Source: Patellaria atrata CBS 101060 (taxonomy: Eukaryota). Taken from it: 64,000 nt of DNA. How positions within the stretch are numbered: the stretch's first letter is position 1; each line of letters starts with the position of its first letter. This document shows, piece by piece, positions 49,054-61,623 of this stretch. Location: NCBI GenBank assembly GCA_010093705.1, contig MU006089.1, positions 1,847,561-1,911,560 on the forward strand, written 5' to 3'. The position numbers and the translations under genes were made by a program. A model generated the notes under the pieces. The model saw nothing but the letters and a program-made list of their open reading frames with translations. It ran no database searches and was not told the origin of the DNA.

Positions 49054-49412
49054 ATCCGTGGCTCCCTCCTCCTATGTCTTGATTATATAGTCTTTCGTAA
49101 TTCTGCTATTCTAGAATATTATAGTCAACCTTATATCTAGACCTCGCGGGATCACAAGCGGATCGGGTTAATGTTCGTGTACGTGATGACGGTTAAATGG
49201 ATGCATTAAAAGTCCGCAAGTTACAACGAATAGACAAAAAGTTGTGAGATAGTAAAAGTTTATACGTCCAAGAGTTAAGTGAATTTACTCCAGACTGGTA
49301 TCCTACTGCATTCTCACGTCCAAAGAACAAGCGTACCACCTTAAGCTGTAACTACCCCCCTTTCCACCCTTCACCACCTACGGTACCCTACCCACCAGAT
49401 CACCCAATCCGC

Positions 49413-51380
49413 TCACCAATTTTCCCACACCCCATCCGGCAATACCGTCCTCATGATATGCCAATGACTAACCGCACTCGCCTGATGATATTTCTCCACC
49501 TCCCCTTCGCCTCCTCTCTTCAACACCTTCGCCTCCTTCCCTTCCACCGTCGGCGGAAATTGCACCTCGAGATCCGGCTTCGGATACAGGAACTCTCTGC
49601 GCGACATGCTACCTCTGAAGTCGTTCTCGGTCGGGTAGCGGAAAGTCAGTGGTTCCGTAGATTTGGTGCAGAAGACGACCATGTTGATGAAGTCGGCTTG
49701 GGGTTTTGTTTTGGGGTCGGCGGAGGGGGGAGGAGTGGAAGGGGGCTGGTCGCGGAAGATGCGGCAGGTGGGGAAGACGGTACGGATGGTGGAGAGGATG
49801 AGGATTGTGGGAGGGAGGTGCATGTCGCCTGCGTAGTTCTACGTCACAAGATTCGTGTTAGTAAGGTTATATAACTAGAACAGTGCAGAGAGACAAGAAG
49901 GAAAAGCTCACAATCGCAACTACTCCATCATCTTTCAGTAGCGCCTTCAAACCTTCCAGGAATTCTAAGGTGAATAGGGAGGTGGGCTCGGCACCGCCGG
50001 TGAAGACGTCGTGGATGATGTAGTCGTATGCGCCGGGGGTTTCTTTTGCAGCGTTGTCGACGAATGGAATCGCGTTTTGAATGGCAGCGGTGTGGTTGGA
50101 GGGAAGATCAAAGTATTTGGTCGCGAAGTAGTGGACGACGGGGTCAATTTCCACGATTGTGGTGTTGATGCCATGGGAGATGAATGCTTTGGGTGCCGTC
50201 CCGATGCCGAGACCGCTGGATATTTGTTAGACATGGCGAATGATGCTTACTATATAGAAAAAGGGATGAAACAAAATCAAAAAGTAATAGTGCTGTCAGT
50301 AGGGAGAAACGGCACGTCGACATCTCCACTCAATATGGATGTCAATATCTACCTATACGAGCCTTGTACAACGTCTAGAAATTAAACTCACATGGTCAAC
50401 GCCTTCTTTTTACTATCAGGTTTAGTGTTACCAGTTTCGACAAGTCTGGCACTCTCTAGCATGGTAAACACAGAATATATTGTCTCTCTCATAACCTGGC
50501 CATCTTGTGCACGTTCAGGAGTAATGAGCCATTCACCCCCTAGGAGGCTATGATCACAACGCAAAAGCCGAAATTGCATGTCGTGTCCATCCAGGACGGA
50601 GATATAGCCAGTTATGGACTCCTGGCGCTCTAGGAGGGTATAATTATACGGTTGCAATCTACTTTCAAGGACTGCCAAAGTAGCATCCGACGTATAATGT
50701 GGATTAGCACGTATAGTGTGGAGCATCGCAGGGATGGCGAGGAAGCATAGTTTGGATGGGGACAAGGCTGCAGATGCTGAGGCTATCAGAAGCTGCAGTC
50801 CTGATCTATGAAGGAATATGTTCGTTCCTATAATCCTTGGGAGCCAGAAAGAAGTGGTTTTCTCAATGAAAGAGAATGATACGTAAGAACCAATAACCGG
50901 TAGAATCTCCCCGAGATTCGAACTGACCCCTTCAGGTTGAAAAGGTTCTAGCAATTCTCCTACGGTATAGAGGGCAAAAAACAGAAGTGGGAAATAGGTT
51001 ACAGCTTCTGTAATAACAGGTCCGTTGGTAGGGCCTAGTCGACCGCTGACTTGGAACAAAAGATACTGTATAGTAGGGATCCAGTATGCTAGAACGGGTA
51101 TATATTGATCCAAATTGGTTGGTAAGAACTTGTTCATTGCTGATCTTCCCATGAATGCTAGCAGGGCAGTCATTGTCATTCCTCTCTGATGGAATAGACT
51201 CGATGGGATGGATCCATACACAGGGGAAAGGCTCTGTTGTGATACTGGTGAAGAAACAGCGGCCAGTAATAGCAGACATGCTGCACGGATCAATGCTTTT
51301 GTCGATGCATCCTTGATAATTGTGTTATTAGCGGCCGCATTTGCTTGCGGCGGCTTTCGAGGTGCTGTTTTACGAGCCAT
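49413..51380 (-). CDS. Membrane-associated spermidine-synthase-like SAM-dependent methyltransferase; 3 exons
   Basis: Multi-TM N-terminus, then ESITGYISV, LRCDHSLLGGEW, LTI|GLGIGTAP, VEIDPVV and YDYIIHDVFTGG. Introns are 50391-50216 and 49911-49839. Confidence 0.88.
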
Positions 51381-52031
51381 TGCTCTATGTTATCATGTAG
51401 TAGTAGGATTTAAGGAAGAATACAAAGTCCCAGAACCAGCCGGTGATTTTTTTTATTTTACTTTGGAGGTGTTCAAATCCCTTTGTCTAGACATGGAATA
51501 TCCAATAGGACCTTTTTAAGGGGATGAGGCCACAGAATCTCGGTTGTATTCAGATTTGATGAACAACGGTCCACAAGACTTATCGATGGATCAAAATATA
51601 TCCGCAACAGTCAACATAATGATTGTCTAAAGGAATGTACGGTCAGATAAGTAATGCAAAGCGAGTGTGACTGGGTTATCAGGGACAGATGTCCTTACTC
51701 CTTAGGGATGAAGTCGAAACAAAGTTGTAACACGTGCTTGTTAACATGATGCTAAGAATATCAAAGGTCCCCCGTACCTCACCTTAAACTTAACATATTT
51801 CCTATCATCCTTGGCTACATTAGTTTCAGAGACAGAGATATCCGTACCAATACTGTACCTACTAGTGCTGTAAGATGAGGTGACATCCATCTCCGAATTC
51901 GCCTTTCGGCATCTTCATCCGTGACGGGCGTGACAAGCTCTTAATCCCACCAGCAGCCTATGCCATGATACTGCTGGAAACACAACGTCCACATCTCGCA
52001 GAAGAGCGAAGCTTCATGCCCTATCTTGAAT

Positions 52032-52689
52032 ATGACACCAGATAATACGCGAACATCTTCTGAAAATAATAATACCGATCTAGAACAGTTTCAACGGATC
52101 CGTGCCAAAAATCGGAGGAAGAGATACTTAGATACTCATCCCGAATACTTTGAAACGGCTCTTGAGCTTGCAGGTGAACTTTCACGCGACCATCAAGTTC
52201 ATTATCCCTCTAAATCTCTTAGATCCCCTCCTATATGATCGATTAATTCGTCGTTTTCAAACTCCCGCCGAACGCGAAGCGGAACGCCGTTCGAAGGGCT
52301 TTTCCGGCATCCTCGAGGCCGATCTCCTTCGATCTGAGGCCAGGCTCGATGCTTCCAAAGAGAAGTCTTCTACTGCATGCAAAGTTCGTCGAAAACCCTC
52401 CATTGCAAACACCATAGATGAGCACCCTGAAGATGCACCTAAGACCAAGGAAGAGGGTAAGGAGAGATGGCTTTACGAGATGACTATGCGTTTTATAAGA
52501 GGCGATGACGATGACTTTGATTACAAGGGCGTCGACGAGAGTGAGGAATTTGATGATCGAGATGAAGAGATAAGGGAAGAGGAAGAAAGATACTTCGAGC
52601 AGGAAGAGCCCGAATGGGTGCTTGAAGAGCCTGGCACCTCAGGAGAAAAGTCCAAACTCACTGGCGAGACGGGCATTCAGGATTTCTAG
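52032..52689 (+). CDS. CCDC97-like (DUF2052) protein; 2 exons
   Basis: KNRRKRYLDTHPEYF...LA|DPLLYDRLIRRFQT, MRFIRGDDDDFDYKGVD and terminal GETGIQDF. Intron 52174-52222. Confidence 0.85.
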
Positions 52690-53969
52690 ACAGACTCGAA
52701 GGATACATAATACATCCGTTCTTGGTGGAAATACTAAGCTGGTATTGACGAGAGAGTGTTATTGCAACCTAAACAATGATCAAGTGTCTACACTCTTGTG
52801 AAGGGGATATATGGTTTTGTTGTATGTCTTTCTGGTATTCTCTAAATGGTTCTAAGGTGGTACTAATATCAAAGCAGGCCACCACCAAGATAGGTACCGG
52901 AGTTAATCGGTAGCCTCAATATAGTGAAAGATCAATGGTGCGTGGATTTTTTTCAGATAATAGTCACCGGATACACCCAGCCCCCATGGCTTAGTCACAA
53001 ACGATATAAACACGAATCTTCCCATAACACTATATCATGAATCTTAGGTAACATGGTCTCAACAATACCTCTAAAACCGCATGATTCCTTTTTCCGCTAC
53101 ACTTTTGCGTAATTGTACATTTAGGAGATGTCATTTGACAAAGAGCAACAAACATTGAGTGTTCTCCGGGGAAGTTTTTGGCCTTGGTGAATGGGCAAGC
53201 TTCGTTATCCTCATCGTCTCTCATCTGAGTTGGTCTAACAAGACGACACTGGCGTCTGCTAGTCCTTGCACCTAAGGTAAAAAAATGTGTGAGTTGAGGT
53301 TGGACTGTAGGAGGTGCGTATAACTTGTCCTTGCAAAACTAGAGAAGTAAGAATTATCCAAATGTCAACATACCTATATGATATTTCTATTCAATGCATT
53401 CTCGTCGGCATCTCATTGTACAATCCGGTATGCAGAATCTATCTCCGGCTTCGCGTAGGTCTGTGAGCTGCACCTCGTTCAAGACGCAAGGCCGAAAACT
53501 TTACGCTCCATCCAGACCATCATGCAGTATTCCCAAACGAACAGTTCTCAGCCTATGCGTGGGCCAATTATCAGAACTGGAATTACCCTTTCACCGGTCT
53601 TTGCTGCAGCTCAAAAGATGAAAGATGGCACCAAAGCGCGCGGGGCTATTGTGTCGATCAGCCTTGTCTATGGGTCTCCAATTTGCAACTTTTCTTACCT
53701 GCAGTTGTCCTAAAGGATGTACCTGTCCCGGTTGGAAGGGGTAGTCGAGGAGCGCCTCCAGCCTGGGCGTTAAACTAGAAAATCAACTATAGTAACCGCC
53801 GATATGCGGCTATAACTGTACACAAAATACTATACTGAGCACCCCCCTAAAAAGATCCACAAACGTGAGTACTTCATTTGAATGGTACAGCCGAATCCAT
53901 ACTCCTTTCCGCGCAACGTACTGCTAGCGTACTGTATGCTCTCTCGGGTCATCTGCAGGGAGGGTAGAC

Positions 53970-55888
53970 ATGGATTTGTTCCAATATACGGAGCTTCCAA
54001 ATTCTCAGAGCATCCGGATCCTCACACTTCATCCGGGATCGTACCATGACGAGATAACATGTTCCCTCTCGGTATCCCAACTCGACAATCTGGAGAAATA
54101 TGAAGCTATCTCATACACTTGGGGTGATGCCAAGATAGCGGAAGAGATTTCGGTTGGTGATTCCAGACTGGCTATCACTACGAATCTAATCGGAGCTCTG
54201 CGTCGTTTTAGACTAGAAGACCGGGATAGAAAGCTATGGGCAGACGCGATCTGCATCAATCAACATAATCTTTCGGAGAGAAGTCAACAAGTTGGGATCA
54301 TGAGAGATATATTCCAAAAGGCATCAAGAACATTTGTCTGGCTTGGTGAAGAGTCCCCGTCAGATCTGCCACCAATTGAAGCAATAAAGAGAATTGAAGA
54401 AGCAATCGCCGAGAAAATAAAGGGAATTAAACGAGATTATATTGAAGAAGCGATAGATAAGGAAAGTACACAAGTCATCAAACGAATACTTAGCTTCATC
54501 CCAGCCGAGAAAACATTGTTTACATCCGTATTGACTGACGGCAGTCTCAGTCCATCCGAATCCTATAACTCAACAATGAGCTTAAGGGAAGCACCCAAAC
54601 ATGAATCAGATTTGCCCCCTCATGCTTCAACCAGTAAAAGTCCACTTACCATACCTCTCTTTACGTTGTTCAGCCGCCCATGGTTTGAACATGCATGGGT
54701 CATGCAAGAAGTTTCCATGAGTTCCGAATTACTTATGCATCATGGGCGTTTTCAGTCCCACTGGAATCTCTTCGCTCAAGGTGCAAATTGTATCCTCAAC
54801 CATCCTGCTTGGCCAGTTTCCAGGGGAAGAGGAGGTTTCTTGTCTACCGCATGTATCAATACTAGTTTACATGCCTACGCCCGACAACAAATTAGTACCG
54901 TTGCAAGATGCGATCTTAGCCTCCTTTTAGTTATGATGAGAGAAAATACCAAGGCAACAGATCCCCGGGACAAGGTCTTTTCGCTCCTCGGCCTTGTTAA
55001 GGAACAATTTCAGCAACAAATACCAATCGATTACGCCGCTCGAGTTGAAACAGTCTATACTCAAGCGACCATTTCTGCCCTTACCCCTAATACTGGTTTT
55101 CATATACTGCGTGCTGCTGGACAGAAGAACTTGAAAAACACACATTTGCCGCTACCATCATGGATCCCAGATTACTCTCTTGTAAATCAAGGAATACTGG
55201 GATTTGGGTGGAAGCCATATACTGCTGGGGGAACTGAACCTCCTTTATTCTGGCATGAAAAAGATATTTCCGTGTTGGGAATGTACGGCAGATTATGCGG
55301 TAGGGTTAACGATATGATACCCCCTAGGGGCGACAGGGACTGGGATCCAAAAGATAAATACTCTTTCTCAAACCTGGATGCACAACATTGGCAAAAGTCC
55401 TACCATTCGTATTCGATAAAAATCATATATACTTAGTTGAGAACATGGATGGTGTCTATTAGAGGTTAATGATCTGCGATATTAGTACGTCTGGAACGCC
55501 TCAGGGGCTTCTTTGGACGCAGAAGGCTCAGGACGTTTACAGAAACTTGTATCTTGACAATCGCGTTAGTGACAGTCACATGACCTCAAACAATTTATCG
55601 GATGACCCCGACGTCAGAGGAGCACAACTTCAATATAGATTCGATTATAGGCCAGATGGACTCTGTAATAATCTGTGTTGGTGCGATTCGGGGCATCTGG
55701 GATGGGTGCCCCTGGATACTCAAGTTGGCGATTATTGGGTACTCTTCAAAGGCGCGCCCAAGCCATTCATATTGAGGAAAAATGAGGATGGACATATGAT
55801 CTTGATCGGAGAGGCTTATATTCACGGTGTAATGTGGGGAGAGGCGCTAGTTGAAGGGTTGGAATGGGATACAATTACGCTTCATTGA
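53970..55888 (+). pseudogene. HET-domain (HET-6-like) gene disrupted by a frameshift and a premature stop
   Basis: YEAISYTWG, LWADAICINQ, DPRDKVFSLLG and LPSWIPD lie in one frame. The terminal GEAYIHGVMWGEA block lies in another frame preceded by TAG at 55460. No frame-restoring intron was found. Confidence 0.75.
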
Positions 55889-56913
55889 ACCCATATAGGA
55901 GTTCTTGAAGTAAGTTTGTAAGATTAAATATAATTTGTTCTTCTGACTTACCTAATCTAGGACTACAACTTGATCAGTACATTCACCTTTCTGTTAGACA
56001 TCAGTGCCATCTTCGCTTTCAGTACCATTTTGTCTTTTAGTAACACCATCTCTCCCAGTACCTTTTCTTTTCTCAGTACAACCTTTCTCTCAGCACAATC
56101 TTATGTCTCAACCTCGTCCTATATCCTCCCTAAGACCGAAAGGAGATCAAGGAGCCTACATCACTCACTGGAAAAACACCCCCATAACCCCCCTCCAGAT
56201 TTCATTTAATACTCCACCCACACATCATTCCCTTATCCACCCGCTTCCATATTACAAGAATACATTCTCTTATTTTGCAACACTCCGCTCTGGTTTACAA
56301 GAACTCTCAAACTAGATATAATATCGTCATATCACTATATCCCGACATGAATTTTGCGCCTAAGACGTGCTTTAGATCATACCGCACAAATGCTCCGTGG
56401 TGCTCTAGCGGATGTTCTAAGTCTGCACGATATCTGTGCAGGATCCTCTCTATGTATGAATATAAAGTGATCCAATGGGATACATGATACTCCCTACATA
56501 ATGATCTTAACATACCGCCATAGTGACTCTACTCTAAGATATCGTGCATCTCTGCCGCTCATTCGCAAACGCAGCATACTGTGCTAGTCACATAACCGCT
56601 TGATTGCCATCTGGATAGTACAGACGCCATTCTCGTAAACGTTATATTGAATCGAGAAATCCTGACAATAGTATACCTACAGACCTATATGCAAAAGGGA
56701 CATAATAAATCGACTATCAAACATCCGACCCACCACTCCAACCCAAATTACACATCCTCCCTATCTCCAAAACAATATACCCACTACATCCCACAATCCC
56801 ACACTATACCTCATCTCTTCCCCTCAGAAGCCTCCCTACCCCCAACACCCCCAAAGCAAAAAATAATGATAATGATAATAATAAAGTACCATAGGCAAAT
56901 AAAAGAGCGCAAA

Positions 56914-56999
56914 AGGTCGTGCTGGGACTCGAACCCAGGTTACCGGAAGCTTTCCTTTAAGATCAAAATCCGGAGTGATAACCACTACACTACACAACC
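56914..56999 (-). tRNA. tRNA-Gln(UUG) with 14-nt intron
   Basis: Acceptor stem GGTTGTG/CACGACC, anticodon stem CCGGA/TCCGG around TT-TTG-A, intron TCTTAAAGGAAAGC, T-loop GGTTCGAGTCC, followed by a T-run Pol III terminator. Confidence 0.93.
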
Positions 57000-57138
57000 C
57001 TGACAGGTTGAGGGGTGGCGGGGTTTTCAAATTGATCTCAGTGTTGTAGTGCTCGATGGGGATTTTAGTGGTGGGGGCCCGATGTCAGTGCGGGGTTACA
57101 TAATTCTTTGGTGGTACCCAACCGGTGGTCTACTAGTT

Positions 57139-57139
<1 letters not shown>

Positions 57140-57172
<33 letters not shown>
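57140..57172 (+). repeat. Poly-G tract (33 nt)
   Basis: Uninterrupted G run visible in the sequence. Confidence 0.9.
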
Positions 57173-57173
<1 letters not shown>

Positions 57174-57399
57174 GTCATGGGGAGATGGGGTTATATTGGA
57201 GATTCGGGTTTTGGGCTTTGGGGGAGTGGTATGGTATGTCTTATTGTGTGTGTATCAAGATGAGGAAGAGGGTTCACGTTTTTGTCACCCTTAAAGGGTT
57301 TGATAGGGTTGTTTGGATGTTTCTTTGGATTATTGTATATACTGACTATTTAAACCTAATGGTTGAATAGCTGACGTGGAAAAGTCTAGTTACTTTCAA

Positions 57400-57665
57400 T
57401 TCTGTAATGGCGCGTGAACTTGAGGAGCAGAATTTCTAAGAACCAGAGTGCTGAATAGATTACTGGCACACTGCATCCTTATCCCCAAATCTTGTAGAAG
57501 AGGCGACGGGAGGAACACTGGACGTTCAGGAGTTACTCTCTGTTCTGTAATAGAGCATGAACCGTGAAGAGCAGAATCTCTAAGAATCAAACTGCTGAAT
57601 AGATTACGGGGCCACTGCATCATCATCCCCAAACCTCTAGAAGAGGCGAAGGGAGGAACACTGGA
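57400..57665. repeat. Diverged tandem duplication, period about 143 bp
   Basis: ttctgtaat...gagcagaat.tctaagaa...tgctgaatagattac...cactgcatc...tagaagaggcga.gggaggaacactgga occurs twice, starting at about 57400 and 57543. Confidence 0.85.
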
Positions 57666-60600
57666 GTTTGCATTTGCTTCAGAGTTTGTTCTTGAAGATG
57701 AGTCAGTAGAGAGAATGGCCCGTAGATTGTCAAGACAAACATCAAAAGGTATAATTCAACTTCAGAGATACTCTTTGCACATCATGAGATCACTCTGAGC
57801 ACCTCTTTTGCATACGACAACCTATTTCCCTACCCAAGCGCGTGAGGTCCTACGGGAAGAGAGCCGGGGCAGGCATGTGCTGATAAACAGAACGAAATAG
57901 ACGGGTCCGTCGTGGTTGTGATACTGATGTTATCGAATTGGCTCTAGACCTTGTGGGACAAACCATGACGTCGCCTATTTTTGATAGAAACGCTGTCACC
58001 ACGCACTTCGGGAACAAATAATCTAAGGAGATGCGATAGTTCGTCCGTGTGATCGCTCGATAGTAGAGAACCGCGGAGGTATCTCAACTGGTGCGGTCAC
58101 TCTGGGCGCATAACAAAGTTCTACTCAAATTCTACGGTAATGACGACGGAACCAGAAACTAATTGATAGGACCGCGCCCGTGAGGTTAGGAAAAGTGCCT
58201 GTGGAGGTCTAGCCGTGGTATCAGATGTGTGATCGCACGGTGTCGGATTATTCATAGGTAGCACCACGTGGTTGTAAAGTTTCAGATTTGTTAATTGTGA
58301 GTAACATCAAGTTTCCTATCGATATGTTAGCTTCGAGAAACATAGCTGAGAATAAAGCACTGAAAGCTCGTAACACTATATCTGAGTCGTCTGACGATCA
58401 TATTTCAATAGGGTTGGACCAATTAGATACCAGGTACGATAGGTCAAAGGCCGATCAGATGTGATGAATTCAACGGGCGTTTAAAGAATCTGGTTTGACT
58501 TATGATGACAGATTTAGGACCTTATTTTTTACGCAAGACTTTGAGAAGGACTGAAAGGCCTGAAAGACACGCAAAGACATAAATTAAATGGTAGTTGAGC
58601 GGCTTGTTTCCCATTTTCGAAACGCCTGCAGTGGTCCTATTGAAAGTTGCACAGAGTAGACGGACTATGAACCACATTTGAGTTTGAAAACAAAGACTTG
58701 TAGATAATAATAATAAAAAAAAAAAATGAAACTAGCTTTAGTTATCTTGCTAGCTGACCAAGGCGTTCAATTCACGTGAGACGATTGTATTACTGAATCT
58801 GGGATGATTATTGTAGCAGTCAAAAAGTAGCCAGGATTCGTCAGCTCTAACATCTCCTTTTGAGGTGTGATATTCTGGGAAGGAAACATTTCTTTATCCT
58901 TCTCCTGTCTAGCTTCATGATCTTCAATGTTTTGACCCATGGTTCGCATACCTGTGATATTTTTGTGAAGCCAACTCAAGAGCTTATTTGCTCCCAAGTG
59001 GCCTCTGCGGCTAGGGGACGCCCTGTTAAACGGCCCTTTCAACGCTCGAGGGGAAGCTTCCCCGGACCTCGGGCAGACATAGTTGGCAGCAAGATATCAT
59101 TGCCGGCGTACAACGAGTGCACAACGCAAGATGATTCGTTGCCAGAGCAGAACAAAGACAGAAAACCGGAATCACTAGTGTAATGTAAGTGGTCGACTAA
59201 AGCGTTGAGAGAGGAGCAGGAGAGGAATGATACAGTCATGGAGGGGGCCGGATTGCTGGGGATACTGTAGAACTAAGCCAGTAGTGGGCGTCAAAAGGAC
59301 ATAGGACCGGAGTGAGACAGACCATGCAAGCGGGCGGACTTTTGGGAATTTAGGAACGTTGCGCGAAGGCTGTGAAGTACCATACGAAGACAAAGGAACG
59401 ATGCCACAGGTTGCAGTAAATACCTCTTTCCGTTGAGATGTGATTGGGTGTCTGAAGCGTTAAAGTGATTATTGGCAGATATGAAAATGCTTAGGTGCGT
59501 GTTGATTTATTGAAGTCTTGAAAAGCTGATGGTGCCGGGGGTTATCTCTTGTTGCGCATGAGTATCCAAGTGTATCCCTACCGATAGTGCAAGCCACGTA
59601 TGTCTGACGGTTCGACTTGCGATACAGAGGCGCCGGAGTATGGAGCGACGTTCTGATTGTGGGTTGGAAGTTCTGGAAGTTTTAAGAAAATTGGCGTGTG
59701 CGGGCAACTGGCCGGGGGGTATTGGAGGGTACTGTGCTGGAGCACTGGGGGGTAGACTTTGGGCTTAGATATGGATAAAGGAGCTTATCAGAGGCCGCTA
59801 TGTTTTAGTTCTAGGGAAGCTGATGCCCGCATTATTACCTTACTGCTCTGTTTGAACTTTAGCCCAACCCAACCCCCTCCCGAGTCCTCCAAGTGACTGC
59901 AGTATCAATAACCACCTTATTAGTGCTACCATTACAGTCAACCATGGTAGGTATGAGGGAACTTGCAACTTTGTCGTAACGGACCGAAGGAAAAGTAAGA
60001 TAAGGTAATAAAGTAGCAGTTCGCAAGAACAAAGAATGATACTTGCACCCAGTTATACGCACGTTACCTTAATCCTATCACCGAAGCTGGCAACGAGGGC
60101 TTTGGGAATCCACAAAGAGGAGCATTGGACGAGCAACCCAATGATATGGAAGACTAAAGATGGCTAACCTTACTGTACCTCTAACTAACCAAGGGAGAGA
60201 GAGAAGCATAAGTCGCCAGGACGCGCAGGCTTATATTACTATATTATGGGTTGTTGGTTGCAGTCTTCTGGATGCTTTCGATCATCAACCGGCTGCATTT
60301 ACTGGCAAATTCCCATAGTTGCAGGCATCACCAATTCTACCAACTATTTTCCCATTGCTTCCTATTGATTGTTACTTGACTCCTCTAATCCTGTATCTTG
60401 CTGTGTGTCTGTACCAGCCCCGGTCCCTTAATCTAACGGACAGAGAGCCAAAAGGTCACCTCTGATCGATCATCAACAGAGAGACCTCGTCCGCACCCCT
60501 ATCTATCGTCTGTATCGTCAATGAAATACATATATTTTTACGGGTAGCGGATGCAGCAGCAACTACAACGTCAAGCCGAGATTGTAAAGAGCTAAAGGAA

Positions 60601-61623
60601 AACAAGAAAGAAGGAAACACTTTTTGGATTTCTTATCTCCATTGTTGCTGTGTATTCCCTCAAAACTGCTTAGCACCGTTCAACCTTCTCACTGGCTGCA
60701 CGACAAACCCTTCGACTTCCTTGACCCGTTCAGAAGTTGAGAACCTCAGATGCGCCTCGATTCCTCCCCAAATCGATTGCTTTTTTCTCCCTCATCTTTC
60801 ACTCCCGAGTCTTCTTTTACAAACTCGGAGGAGTCTTATCGTCTGAAAACCGTACTGAGCCGCAATTCAATCGCTGAAGAGTTGCTCTAAGCTACCGCTA
60901 AGCGTCGGCACGAGCACGCGTTGCCGAAAGCAAGAGCCAACCCTTAGGTTTACCTACCCTTTTCCTCGAACCTCGAGTCGACCAGGGCTACCTAAACCTT
61001 ACAACCACTTGCAGTCTTGCGCGAAACCCAAGTGCGCGCCCACCACCTTTTTCCAGCACACCATCCGTCACAGACCACCCAGCAATCATTCATTGGCTTT
61101 TCTGCCTGTAAGTCGACCGCGCAAACTCCAATCACCTGCGCTGCACCAACTGCATGCGCCCGTCCTTTTTCTCAATTCCAATCTAGCGCCCGGTTTCAAC
61201 GCCAGTGACCTCTTATCCGACCGTCTTTTTTCTCATCGCGATACATACACTCACTTGTTCTACCCTCACTTACCTCACTCCGCCCTCTTCGCCATTCTCC
61301 GGACCCTTCGCGCGAGGCGTACAATATCCTTTTCATCCGTGTTGACCTTTCGCAATTCCTAGAGTCCGTGGTTCTCAACTCCTGGAAGCCCGTTTGGCGC
61401 TCGTTTTGGGTATTCCTTCCGCACCGATCTACCTCAGCCTCCCACCCTGCATAGTCTCCGGTTCTCGCGATTGAGAGTCTAGGGTCCGCAGTAATTCAAC
61501 ACTTGTATCGTGCGCTTCCTCAACGCGACAGCGACTCTTGGGAAGCTTATCCACCAAGGTACCACACGCGCGGTGCCTTTGTCTTAGATACTACCACCAC
61601 GAGAGTGGAACTCGAACAAAGAA

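Noticed and set aside
55960..56520. Degenerate ~18-nt TCAGTAC repeats and minus-strand ORF fragments
   Set aside because: May be a relic gene, but it is too degraded to call.
58760..59460. Several overlapping 66-107 aa ORFs
   Set aside because: No motifs, splice structure or codon signal supports a gene.
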